Source of the DNA: Entomortierella parvispora E1425
Lineage: Eukaryota > Fungi > Mortierellomycota
Direction: 5' to 3'
Assembly (NCBI GenBank): GCA_020891255.1
Contig: BQFW01000008.1
Location: 1,860,001 to 1,924,000 of the forward strand
DNA: 64,000 nt
The notes below the pieces were generated by a model. That model saw only the letters and a program-made list of their open reading frames with translations, made no database searches and had not been told where the DNA came from. Below are positions 51,656-63,825 of this stretch, one piece after another. Position 1 is the first letter of the stretch, and each line of letters starts with the position of its first letter. Both the position numbers and the translations under genes were made by a program.

Positions 51656-52234
51656 CAGGCTTTTGTCAGAAAGGCTGCTGCCTTTTGCTTTTCGACTTTT
51701 GCTTCGTGCACTCTTTCCCCCATCGTACCCATCGTACCCTGACTTCACCTACCATCTCACCGTGTACTATTCATCAACCTCGGAAGCTCCAAACTGTGCT
51801 CTCAACACCATCGACCCCATAAAGTCTCTTCGGGAAGCGTGAAGATTGAGAGGTACAAGGTGTTGTCATCGAAGAACAACGCAAGACAGCTTGGAAGGGG
51901 CTTTGTTAACAGCTGCTAACAGCCATCTTTTTTTTTCTTCCTACAAAAGATCCCGCCAGTATTACTGCCCACGGCCGACCACAAAAGTACAAAGACTGAA
52001 GTCAAGGTAAAAGCCCTAAATGACGTTGCAACGATTTGATGTTTCCGTTGGCTCGGAACCTAACAGAACGTGCAGATACCTCACGCTTTAGCTGCACCGT
52101 TCTCGAGAAAGGATTCCCCAAAGTTGACTCTCCTGCAAGGGTAAGGATATTAGCGCTATGAATCATCAGAATGTTGCCCCTCTCAAACATGGATTTACTG
52201 ATTGATCGCGACGGACTGTATTTAGCTCCAGAAA

Positions 52235-55200
52235 ATGGGCGTGCAAGGAATTTTTCCAATGCTGAGAGAGCTTGGCATGTCAGACACGCCAGTGGACAAT
52301 GCACTCACACTCGGCATCGACACGATCCACTACGACGTCAAAGCATGCCACTACGGAGATATGATGAGGGAGATGACAAACGTCAGACACTCCGATTCTA
52401 CTGGTGTAATAGCTGCGCTGGCCGCGACGATCGACCAAAAAATCAAGCTTTGGCGCAATCATCTCGACAAGGATGTCACATTTGTCCTGCATATCGACGC
52501 CCCTGGCAGCGCCGCCAAAGGACCCACTCATTTAAAGCGACATTTGAAACGTGAGGCAGCAGCACGCAAGCTCGAGTACAATCTTCGGGTCTTAGAGCGA
52601 AAGAAAGGTCGTTGGGTTCCCCACAAAGTCATTGGCCGTATCGACAAGGACCTGCGAACTTGTTGCCAACTTACCCTGGAGACCAGAGATGCACTCGTGG
52701 CTGCGTTGAAGCACCTCGGACACGATGTTTGTGTTTGCCGCGCTGAAACGGACCCTTGTATCGCTACCCAATGCTATCAGCATGAAGGACCAAAGGAAGC
52801 AGCGGTTCTGTCTATCGACTCTGATTACCTATTCTATCAGGGTGTCAAGACCCTCTTACGGCCCAACCCAAAGGGACCTGGTCTCCTTCACTACAGCCGA
52901 GACAACGTCAAAAAGGCCCTAGGTCTCATTCGAGACGAGGAGCTCATTGTGTATGGTTGTGTCAATCGTAACGACTACAATTCCAATGTCCCTACCATTG
53001 GCCTGGTGAGAAGTCTTAAGTTGATCCGGCCCGACGCAGAGAATGAAGACTCTGATGCGAGTAGTTACAACTCTCACGCGAGTGGCAACGATCCTGAATC
53101 GAGTGGCGACGATCCTGAATCGAGTGGCGACGACCCTGAATCGAGTGGCAACGACTCCGGTTTGAGCGATGAGGAACCTACTTCAGATGATGAAGGCTCC
53201 CACTCTGGCTATACAGACACGGACTCAGACACCAAAGGACGACCTGCCAAGAAGAGGGCCAAGACTTTGTCAAGCCGCAAGCCACTACCATGGTCAGACA
53301 AAGGCAAAGCTCCTATGAGAAACGCCAGAGCTTTAGTTGCAGATGCCGCGGCGGAGGCTTCATCAAGTCGCATATCAATTTTGCGTTCAGACAAAGGCAA
53401 GACCCCTGTGAGAAACGTTGACGTTTCAATGGATGTGGACACCGCCGTGCCAGAGGCCCAGTCAGGCGGCCAGTTGAGGTCAATTACATTCCAAAACCAG
53501 CCTCTGCAAGGTCATGTGGGAACTGACCTCGGTTCTCTGGCAAGTCTCCGACAGCTTATCGCACAGTTCTGTGACGACGTTGGCGCCATCGTCAAAATGA
53601 GAGTTCCCGTCTCCATGTTCGAAGCTTCCTTGAGAACATTCGGCTTTCTTAGTCAGCTCAAAACCGGGGAGGAGCCCGAGGACCATGAAGACCAAATCCC
53701 ACTCTGGGAGGAGCCAACAGATGACGAGCCAGACTCATTGTCGCCACTGTCGCTTCTACAGCTTCCAAATCTGCCAGAGCCCGAAAAGTCGCCAGATGAA
53801 CTTTTGCAAACGTTTCAGTTGCAATTCAAAGATTATTGCAGACTGAGAAGGGCTCGAAGGGAAACGTTTTATCCACCAGAAAGGTAATGCGGTCTCTTGT
53901 GTGCAATACTTCTACTAGGCGGTATCGCGACCCACGACTCTAATCAAACTTTTGATACCTATCACGAAATAGGGTCGAGGAATTCAAACGACCTCATAAT
54001 CAGTATGGCCACGCATTTAGGAAAGATAAGGACGGCAGGCATACGTTTCTTAATGGGCGAACCGTTACCATTGATTCCTCAAAGGAGAAACGGGTGCCAC
54101 CGAAACCTATTTCCAGGGTCATTCAGTCTACTGCAGCTCGCGGACAGAAGAGCAAGAAGAACAAGAAGAGCAAGAGGAGACGCAAAAAGAAACCTGTGCA
54201 GACCAAGAGAAAGCAAGACCGCATCGAGAAGCAGCCAGAAGGAGCGGGTGCAGTAAATCGATCTCAGGCCACCAAGGTTGCGAACCGAAACAAGAGAAAG
54301 TTCGAAACGAGGGCCCTTCAAGTGGGCGGTTTCCAAAAAAACGTTGGCGAACGATTGAAGCTCATAGAGGGGCTTTCTGCCAAGGGTGCAGAAAATGCTG
54401 CTAAAGAACTTACGAAGAGGCACAGGTCATGCCTCGAAACGCGGGACCTCCTCATGCAAGATACATACAACGCACTGATGTTGGCCATTGAAGATATCCA
54501 CAATCCATCCAACCTTGCGGCCCAGTCCATCAAGATGCGGACCGTTACGGAGGTTCAAGAGGATTCGTCGTGGTCCTCGGTGTCAGCAGGGACTCAGGTC
54601 AAGGCCAGAGAGCGTTGGGATCTTCCTGAAAAGTACCCGGACACTATGTTGGACGATCTTGTCACCGGAATGGCAACTTTCTATGCTCTCCCCACACTCT
54701 TTTTCTATGGTGAGGCTGGCAGCAACTCTGAGGATGTACGAATTCGAAAGCAAGCCCAACGAGAGGGAGGCGGCCAGACTAGGAGAACTCGTGCACAAAC
54801 CAGATCAACCAGAGCCGCGGTAAAGAAAAAAGCAGAGGAGATGGCTGAAGAAGCCCAGGTTGACGAGAACCCTGGTCATAAGGACGTCAGTGCCTTCATT
54901 GCGCGTTGGATTTTTGAACGCTACAAGGCCACGACCAATTTCATTCCGTATTCAGAAAGAGGGATTCAACTCTTCCCTGCAAAAGCCACCCGTTCAACAC
55001 AGGCAACAGTCTTCAAGGCCTTTTCAACACACTACAAGTGTGCACTGGTAAGTTGCCCAAAGTACATTTTTGCTGGTGACAGCGAACATTTCTGTGCCAA
55101 GGTACTGACTCTTCTCTATTGGCAATATGTTTAGTTTAATAACGGAAAAGACAGCTGGACTGCAAACCAGAAGGAGAGTGCCGCTCACATCCCGGCGATA

Positions 55201-56999
55201 AAATGGTTCCAAGAACAAAACAAAGAAGGAATCTTCAAGGATTTCGTCTTTGGAAGCAACGCTCGGAAATACCAGGTAGTGACCGAGCAGGATCTCTACT
55301 GCTTCTTGAAGGCTGCACCACCGCCAAGCACCCAACCTCAGCCACAGTACCTGTCGGAAATAAGCCGGTTCGATTTCGAGCCCCTGTTGAAAGGCCTGTT
55401 TCCTAAAGCCAGACGAGGGGACGACATGAAAGAGGGGCAGCGGGCAGACTATATCAACGATAATAAGGGATGGCTTACGACATCACTCCTCTATGATCGC
55501 GCTCCTCAACATGTCACTGAAGGCAGAGTACCTGGCAGAGATGGCTACTGCCACAAGGTTAAATTGCAGTCCGAAACCTCGAATCGCCGTTACATCCTCG
55601 GAACTGGCTATCACAGTGATGGCAAGGTGCTTACACTTTTGGCCAGCGACACCTTTTCGGAAAAACCCATCCGTAAGAGGAAAAAAAAGCTTCCTACTTT
55701 TGGCCCCGAGGATGAGGATGAGGTCGCTGCTGCCGCTGCCTGTGCTGGCTCCGGAGAAGGCAATGGCGATGGTGATGACGATGACGATGACGATGATGAC
55801 GATGACGAGGATGAGAACGAGGAGGGGGCCATGGGAAAGAGGGGAAAATGCAAAGCCCCTGTGCCGATCTCAAGCCACCTCTACGAGAAGGACGACAAAC
55901 ACGCGTGTTACGAGTTCGCCCCGCCAGAGGACTTGCAAGCGTTTCTTGTGGGGACAAAGTCCGGCTATCAATGCAATCTTGCCTCGAGAACGAAGCTGCT
56001 ACCTAACGCCGCGCTTTTGAAATGGGACTCGGCCAACTCTCCCAAGATTAATATAGGAGGAGATCCTGGTGAACATGTAGCCCTCGCTACGACCCGCATC
56101 GAGAGAGGCAGTAGCGACGTTCGTAACACCGTGAAAATAAGGAGAACGATGTTATACGAACCATACTGGAGATTCCGCCGAACCTTAGGGGAGAAGAAAA
56201 AGGAGGAGTTGATCGATATCCTAGAATCGATGACTCCGTCACGGAAGCTGGGGAACGTGGTGCAGTACCTGAATTTCATGAACTCCAACATCCAGGGAGG
56301 CCTTGCTACCGCACGCTAGGAGTGATGACGACAGAGCAAAAATCAGCCTGATGTCAGGAACTGTGGGCGAGGTGATATTTGCCTTCTACCATAGTAGTTG
56401 GTTATTGAAAAAATGTGGGACTGCAAAAAAGCACAGCGATCCGCCCTTGACCTTGCGGTTGGCGCTGTTCTGGCCCAGGCTGGTTTCAAACCAAACTCAA
56501 AACGTCAAGATCAACCAACAGTCATCTTTGCCTACGGCATGGCCACGTTCAACACACGCCGAGGCCCAGCCTCGAAGGCAGTGGTTGTTGAGAAGAAGGT
56601 TGTCAAAGCTGTAAGTGCACTGTTTGGCCATGTATCTGTAAGTCAAAGCTTGGTTCGGCATTCTAACAACCAACTGTTGCTGCTCTTTAATACCATCAAT
56701 ATCATCAGCTTCGAGGCCTAGGACAGATTGTGGTGGGGGAACACGAGTACTTTACGAGCCAAAAGTGCCCCAGACGCGACTGTGACGAGTTTCTGGAGAA
56801 GCTGGACAACAGATCCATGTACTGCCGCAAATGCAACATGTTCTTTGATCGCGATGCTGTCGGATCCGAAAATATTGCCTTCATTTGCCAAGAGTTCGTG
56901 GAAGGTCGAACACGTCCCGCCAAGTTCTTGCCAGCCACAACGGTCGCAGCTGCTCCTGCGACTTCGGTCTTTGTACCAACCGCCGCTGGCTCGTCCTAG
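52235..56999 (+). CDS. XPG/FEN1-like nuclease fused to Fanzor (TnpB-like RuvC), copy 2; +1/-1 homopolymer frameshifts and a premature stop in exon 3
   Basis: Exons 52235-53883, 53973-55047, 55135-56610, 56709-56999 (4491 nt = 1496 aa + stop once the indels are corrected); introns GTAATG..CTAAT..TAG, GTAAGT..CTGAC..TAG, GTAAGT..CTAAC..CAG all preserve frame. Confidence 0.87.
53081..53158 (+). repeat. 21-bp coding tandem repeat (~3.7 units), element copy 2
   Basis: agtggcaacgatcctgaatcg / agtggcgacgatcctgaatcg / agtggcgacgaccctgaatcg / agtggcaacgactcc. Confidence 0.9.
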
Positions 57000-57243
57000 G
57001 GCAACCCAAACAATAACAATCAAGGGGTAAGGAATACCCAAAAAAAATTGTAAGTGCTCATCGTCGTTGCTCCTGATTCATCGCTCTTTCTCCCGCACAC
57101 CACTAACGAAAAAATGGTTCATTTTGCCGATCCCTTTAGACGTAAGTGACTTTTAAACCAAAAAATGCCTTGTAATCGCCTTGCTTGAACGGACAAGAAA
57201 TTTAACTTTGTTTTATTATTTTTGATTGTGTAGTACATGTAGA
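57000..57243 (+). ncRNA. Candidate Fanzor omegaRNA scaffold, copy 2
   Basis: 244 nt between the stop and the element end; short stems GGGTA/TACCC (57025-57039) and GGGCAAC/GTTGCTC (56999-57005 with 57066-57072); position-based inference. Confidence 0.4.
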
Positions 57244-58183
57244 CAGTTATATGACCAACAAAGATGCAAGCTGATTCTGCACACGCGCAGGCTGCAGCGT
57301 GAAAGCAGGCATTTGCCCTTTGTTTGCCTCGTACAAAGCGCGCGCGAGCTTCGCTCTTTTGTTTCGAGGTGTGGATACACGCACTTTCAGGGAGGTCTTC
57401 TCTCCTTTTTGTCTTTTTGCCTTCTGGCCCTTGCTCTCCTTCACCTTCTGCCCCTGCGCGCTACTCCGCCTTGCTCTTCTCTGCCCTCTCCTTCGTCATT
57501 CCTTCTTTGCTCGACTCTCCAACTGTCCATTCCCATCCATCTGTTCATTTGACCTCTGTGTGCCCGACTTCCCCTCACTCCACACGCGTCATTGCATTCC
57601 ACCTGGGGAGAGGCAGTTCTCCATCATTCATGGAGCCGCGTGGTAATTGTTTAAATGCTTTTTCTTCTTGGTGTCCCTGTAATTGCTCGTTCAATTGCCG
57701 CCATTGGTGTCAATCCAACTTTGCGGTTTGTTACTGGCTGCATGGTTGCCATCTCTTTTCTGTCCTCTCCTCACTTCGCGGCAATTAGGCGCCGCCAGCA
57801 ATGTAATATCACTTTGAGTCGCCTCACGGATCCCTGCACCTCGCCCCGAGGGCTTTTCCCTGGATTTTTCATCTTGAACGACAGATACGGGACCCGATTT
57901 AGGCGCCTCGCGTATCAAATCTATCGTATATTTCAGCGCCTCTGCCACTGCCACCGCCACCAAAGGGTCGCTGGAGAAGAGCAAAAGGGAGATTGGCACG
58001 CGAACAGACAGACACATCCACAAACAAACAACAGGCTGTTGCCGGCGATAAAGACAACTGCGACAACATGACAAGTCCTTTTGCCTCAACATCCACTGAC
58101 TTTTTGAACTCTCCCCTTGTATTGTTCCTTCGCCCTGGTAGAGTGCAGTCTTCCTCCCGGATTTTGACGCCACAAGCACCTCC

Positions 58184-61100
58184 ATGTTCCCTGGGTAGGC
58201 GCTTGCTCAGACATTGCCGACTCTTTTTTTTTGACCTCTAGGACGACGACCGTTGTCCTTCATCCCCTTTTATCATCCTCGACCGACGGGGCGAGGAATA
58301 TGGGTCGTGGCGTTTCTGATCGGCATCTGTTGAACGCTCAAGGTCTAATCGATCCCCCAAACAACACCCGATTGCCTGCTGGGGCCCAGGAGACTTTGCC
58401 ACAGCATTATCATCTACACCGGCAATTGCTACCGCTACGGCAGCATTCACATCAACCAATGCGCTACGATCACCCTAACCAGTATTCTTTCACTAGCACA
58501 GGTCCTACCACCGAAAGAGAAAAAAAAGGTCGAAATTTTGATCAGGATCCTCATCAAGACAACACCATTGACGGCAGCTCTCGTGGCACCAATGGCTCTG
58601 CCCCCGCTAGTATTAACGCAGATACTCAGAGCCACTTTAACGGCCTGCTAAACCACCCGCTTTCTGGCAACCACGTTATCTCGGCCGAGATGGCGAGCGA
58701 TAACCATGATACGTTGAACAATGCACGTCAATCACAGCCGCAGCCTCCACAACATTCTCAGCAGAAGCATGTCTCTCGGCATCAGCAAGATAAAGATCGC
58801 GGACCCTCACAAAGTACCTTGAGTCTCCCTAACGCTCATAAGACTGGTTGAGAGCATAGGGTCGCAATAGACTTTACCTTGGCCTGCCTCTTACATCTGT
58901 GATCTGCTGTTCTCTAGATTCCCAGGAACAGGCCCACGATCGACCATGGATACCTCACCCTCTCTCCCCTGACAACCTGCGCTACACGCAGCAGCAATAC
59001 TATCAACAGCATCCACAGTCACACGAGCACTCACAGGAGCAACCTCGCACTAGTCAACCTCAGCAGCAGGAAATGCGTGTCCAAAACCAAAGAGGGCAAC
59101 ATCGCTGCGATAGCGATAGATCCTTGAGTATGGATCCCAACTCTGCACCTCATGGCGTTCGATCGGCAGACTCCAGCTCCATGGATCAGGAACAAGACGT
59201 AAGTTCGTTCCTACTACAATTCCATGAAGTGGAGAGAGATAACTGACCCTAACGCAGATCTTATCCTGGATATTTCTCCCGCCGTCTCAGGTATTCCAAA
59301 GTCTGAGTCGAATACCTTACAAGCCGCTGCAAGACGATCGCGATATGATACATGGTACTCAAGCTGGTCACCCTGGCGCAGGACAACCACCTTGGAGCTG
59401 GGAAGAATGGCAAGGTAATATCGTCACCCTAGGATGGATGGGTGAGATGGCACTCCCCACATCAATACTGATCCTTTATTGTTTGGGCCCATCGCATCAT
59501 AATCATCATAAATTCAGTTAGAGATCCACGTCTATCAACATCGCAGCAACTTACAGGAGTCAATCAGCGTCAACAATACCACCATCCACACCATACCTTC
59601 CAATATGCATCTCACCAAGAGGTGCACTATCACACCTCGGACAATTGGACACCCCCTCTGTCCTCCATGAAAGGTTGGTCATCAGGGAGAGGAGGACTAG
59701 GCGATGGCGTTGGGCAGCGGCCAGAACGACAGGAGGATATCGAGTCCATGGAAATAGTGCCTGCCTCTTCAAGTGACCAGGGACGGCACCAGCGAAATGT
59801 GTACAGCGGTCATCCACAGACTGCGCGATTGGCGGAGCGAGCTCACGATGTACATGTACAGCAGCAACAGCAACCACAACAAATGCAGCAACCACAATCC
59901 AATCAGCAGCTGCAGCCACCACTAACACCGCAACCACCATCATCGCAACAGCAACAGCAACAACCACAACTCACTCAGCAGCAATTTCGACAACAGGAGC
60001 AGCAAGTACAGCTGCATCTGCAACTGCAATTACAGCAATATGAGAAACACCAACAATCTTTTAATACTGGTCAGCATCAGCGACAAAGTGGTCCTGCTGA
60101 TCAGCAAAAGGAACTGGGAAGGCAACAAACAGATCCAATACCTCCAATATACCACGAGGAAAAATACGGACAAAACGACGACCAACTGAAGCAAACATTC
60201 CAGCCAGGTCATGACGAAGCTGCTAGACGAGGACACCCGTCTGAGCAGCAACATCATCAACAACAACAGTTACAACTACAACAGCAACAGCAGCAGCAAG
60301 AAGGGTACCGGGGCTCTGGAGACTGGGCAGTGAGCAACAAGAGGGTAGAACACCACTCGAGTCCTTATCCAGACAACTCTGGAACTGGAGTACAGTCTGG
60401 ATTTTTGGGGAGCAACCCTGCAAATATGCAGAAACACCAAGTATTATCTTCGGGAGCTACTGCAAAACGACACCCTATGGCCTCGATTCCGACATTTTCA
60501 TCCTTTAGCCACTCGAACGAAGCACTTGAGAGACGATATTCAGAATCGGATACCACATTTCGTCACAAGAATTATCATACAATGACCAGCTCAGATCCTT
60601 ATGATCGGCATTTAATGCACGAACTCCCCAAGCGCGATGCTGGTCTGATCGCCTGTGATCAAGAACAGCCACCCGCTGTCCAAGGTCAAATTACTAATGG
60701 CCATTCACAGAGTGAATCTAGCAGAACTCTGGGATCTGGTATTTCTGAGACAGCGAAGCTGGTTGGGGCGCCTCGGGTTACACGACTGAACAAGAGACGC
60801 CAGGCAAAGACTGTAGAATTTAATGAAGTTCAAGAAGAGAATTCGAAAGGAAACTTACCTGTAGGCTCTTCGATCTCGCCACCACATTTATCATCACCAC
60901 CGGGGGATCGGCAGTTTCTCTCACCTACGAAGAGGAATACTCGACGACTGCCAGAAGGACTGACCGGCTTGGACCATTCTTCCTCATCCAAGAAAAGATT
61001 TGCGCGGAGCATTTCCGATGGACTGTCCAGCGCTTCATCTCCGGTTTTCACGGACGTGACCTTCAAGGACATGGATGGACAAAATCTGAAGAAGCACCAG

Positions 61101-63825
61101 GAAAAGGGCCTGGCAAGTTCAGCGAACCATGACCGCCGCCAGTCCTGGTCTACGGACTCTGCTCGAGGAGGCATCTGGCAGAATGGGAGACAGAGTCAGG
61201 ACATGAGATGCGCGTCGAATTTGAAACAGTCAAAGACTGTATCTGGAAGGGCAAACCTGGAACTTGCTTTCTTCTCAGGTAGGCAGACAAAAGGAAAATC
61301 ACGAATTGTCATGGTTTGTTGTCCATATTTTCGATGAAGGGCTAATCATTACTGTACATATTTTGAACTCTGTTATTGTGGCTAGGCCAAACAGGAGGAT
61401 CCAGGTCTACTCTACCTGAAAATCCGGAATCCAGCGCGGTTGAAAAGATGATCTCCTTGTCGTTGGATCGACGGGATGTGCCGCTACCCGAAGTACATAT
61501 GAAGCTTTGTGTTCGCACAAAAAAAAAAAAAAAAAAAAAAAAAAAGGAAATCTTCTGACCCGTTTCTGATCAACTTTCCAATCTATAGTTGAAGGAATCA
61601 CAGACTGAAATGGCTGATGATAACGATTCAGATCACTTCATTCTCGGTAAAGCTGGTTTTTATTCAACCGAAAGAATAACGGCCCTCTATAAGAAATGGG
61701 AGACCAGGCACAAGCGTGACCAGATACGTCGTCGGTCCAAAAGGAAAAGGTCAAGGCAAAATGAAAAAGGAGGGTCCCTGTCCATGGAAATTGATAAACC
61801 TCTATCTAGACGCAGATCTCATCGTCGCACGATGGATGAGGCTTTTAAAAGTGACAGGGATGAGGACGACGAAGGCGACGAAGAGTTTAGTGATGTCTCC
61901 AGTGACCAAAGTGGAAGCGACAGTGAAGAGGATGAAGGAGACTCTGAGAGCGATGGAGGCGATTCCTCCTTCTACAGTGAAGCAGACGAGGATGAGAACA
62001 AAAGTGGCCATGGAGTAAGATATAGCAAGCACAAGAGATCCTCTCATAAACGCTTAAAGAGTCGGTCCGCCAGTCAGGGGAGAGGTGGGGAGGTCAAGGG
62101 CAAGTCTTCAAAGTCCAATAAGCAAGCTCAAGAGATTAGACGCCACCGCTGCACCACCTGCGGCAAACAGTTCTCAAGACCCAGTCAGTTGGAGACTCAT
62201 AAGCTGACACACACGGGACAGGTAAAAGAGTGCACTTCATTGCGCCTTGACTTGAAGAAATCGACTGACCGCCATTTATTTTTTATCCATAGAAACCCCA
62301 CATTTGCGAGCAATGCAACAAGGGTTTCAATGTGAGCAGTAATCTTAAGCGGCATATTAAGACACACACTTACCCACGGCGTCCCAACGCGACAGGTGGC
62401 ACTAATGACACAACAATTCCTGTCACCGGTGCCCATCTGTTGGAGTTCCCACTGATTACGGTCACTGGTCTTGGACTGGGTATGGGGACTGAACAAGTAA
62501 ACCCATCCGAGAGTCAACAACAAAAAGCACGACTTCAGTATGAAATCCAACAACAGCCACAGCAGCAGCACCATGTGCAAGCCCATCCCATGCAGTCAGA
62601 GCAACCTTTGCCACTACACTTTCAATTGCTACAGCAACAGCAGCAACTACAACAGCAACAACAACAGCAAATTCAACAACAACAGCAGCAGCATCAACAG
62701 CAACAACAGCAGCATCAACAGCAACAACAGCAGCAACAACAACAGCAGAAGCAGCAGCAAGAGCAGCATCAGGAGAACCAAGTCATCCAACTTCAGTCTT
62801 GTTTGCGCTCTGTTGTAGAGTCATCGGATTTGCCTCTGGAAGCCAGGTTGATGCCCCTACCTCAGACTTTTGCTGTCGTTCATTCACAGGAACTTGCATT
62901 TCAGCAGGTACCAAATGTTGAAAATACATCAATCATTCATCCCCAATCAGCGTTTGAGTTGCAGCAGCAACAAACACCATCATCGACAACAGAAGAGCAG
63001 TCTGACAGAGAACCAATATTATCTCCTCCACCCCAGCAACAACTACAACAACAGGATCTGAAGCCACAGGCGCGCGTAAGCCTGCTTCAAGAGTTTGAGC
63101 CAAGTCGTTCTCTGCAGCAATCGTCGAGCCCTTCGCTTCGAGTAGAAGAAGGCAAGCCCTGGATAGGACAGACGACGTTAGACGCCGTCTATGTCCTTCC
63201 TAGTGCGCTCAGGTCTCCAAGAAGAGATACAGGCACAGAACGAGAACGAGGAAAAGGGCGACCAAGCCCTGAACAGCTCACAGAGACTTTCAATCCCGGC
63301 CACGGGACTATCGTCAGAGCTGTAAATAGTCCTGAAGGAACTGAAGACTCTACTCGATCAAATCTACCACTGAGATCAGCAATTTTCAAGTCAGGAGAAA
63401 TGGATTATACAGAGGTCAGTGGATCATCAAGGGTCGGGACCTCAGATGCCTCGACTCCAAATTCCCTCGGGGCCGTGACGACTACCTCCTCTGGAAGGAT
63501 GACTGTCTTGGTTGCCTCACCTCAAGCAGATGCCATTCTTACTGTGGACACAAACCCATCGCTTGTTGCAGTCTCCTTGCCAATAGCCAGGTCGTTGGCG
63601 GCAGTAGCTTTGCCACCAGAGACTAACGGTGTGCAGCTCACAGTTGTCCCTGCCTTGTCTTTGGCTATGCTTGAATCACATCCTGCCCTTTTGCCATTGA
63701 CAGGAGCAGTTGATACGGTCGTTGGAAATAGGCTACAGGAACGGGTCACGGATGAAAAGGCCAAAGCAGAGATAAAAGCAAGTAGAATGACGAATAGGAT
63801 ATTAGTTGAAGGCCAAAGCGGATAG
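58184..63825 (+). CDS. Large Gln-rich C2H2 zinc-finger transcription factor (two fingers), multi-exon; 5' end uncertain
   Basis: HRCTTCGKQFSRPSQLETHKLTHTGQ|KPHICEQCNKGFNVSSNLKRHIKTH across a GT-AG intron; long Q-rich ORFs 58231-58851, 59622-61337, 61589-62335, 62332-63825; may be more than one gene. Confidence 0.75.

Larger units (their letters stand above)
51200..57243 (+). mobile_element. Fanzor-carrying element, copy 2 (6044 bp including the terminal (TCC)52 tract)
   Basis: Inverted near-identical duplicate of 19371-25353; right end ...GTAGTACATGTAGA|cagtt. Confidence 0.9.

Noticed and set aside
52235-53887. Stand-alone host FEN1/EXO1/RAD2 gene (550-aa ORF)
   Set aside because: The stop overlaps a GTAATG donor that splices in frame to downstream exons, motifs are diverged from host orthologues, and the gene is duplicated within a repeat
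19371-57243. One 38-kb composite transposon or Starship-like element with 6-kb TIRs
   Set aside because: No TSD at the outer ends (ccgt| vs |cagt), the cargo is ordinary housekeeping genes, and no captain recombinase is present; two separate insertions is simpler
51200-57243. Classification as a Helitron
   Set aside because: It starts with TC in either orientation, but there is no A|T insertion site, no CTRR 3' end, no clear GC-rich subterminal hairpin and no Rep/helicase
51200-57243. Classification as a non-LTR retroelement with a microsatellite tail
   Set aside because: No RT or endonuclease of that type, no TSD, the tract is at the gene's 5' side and introns are retained; trans-mobilisation of an antisense RNA is not formally excluded
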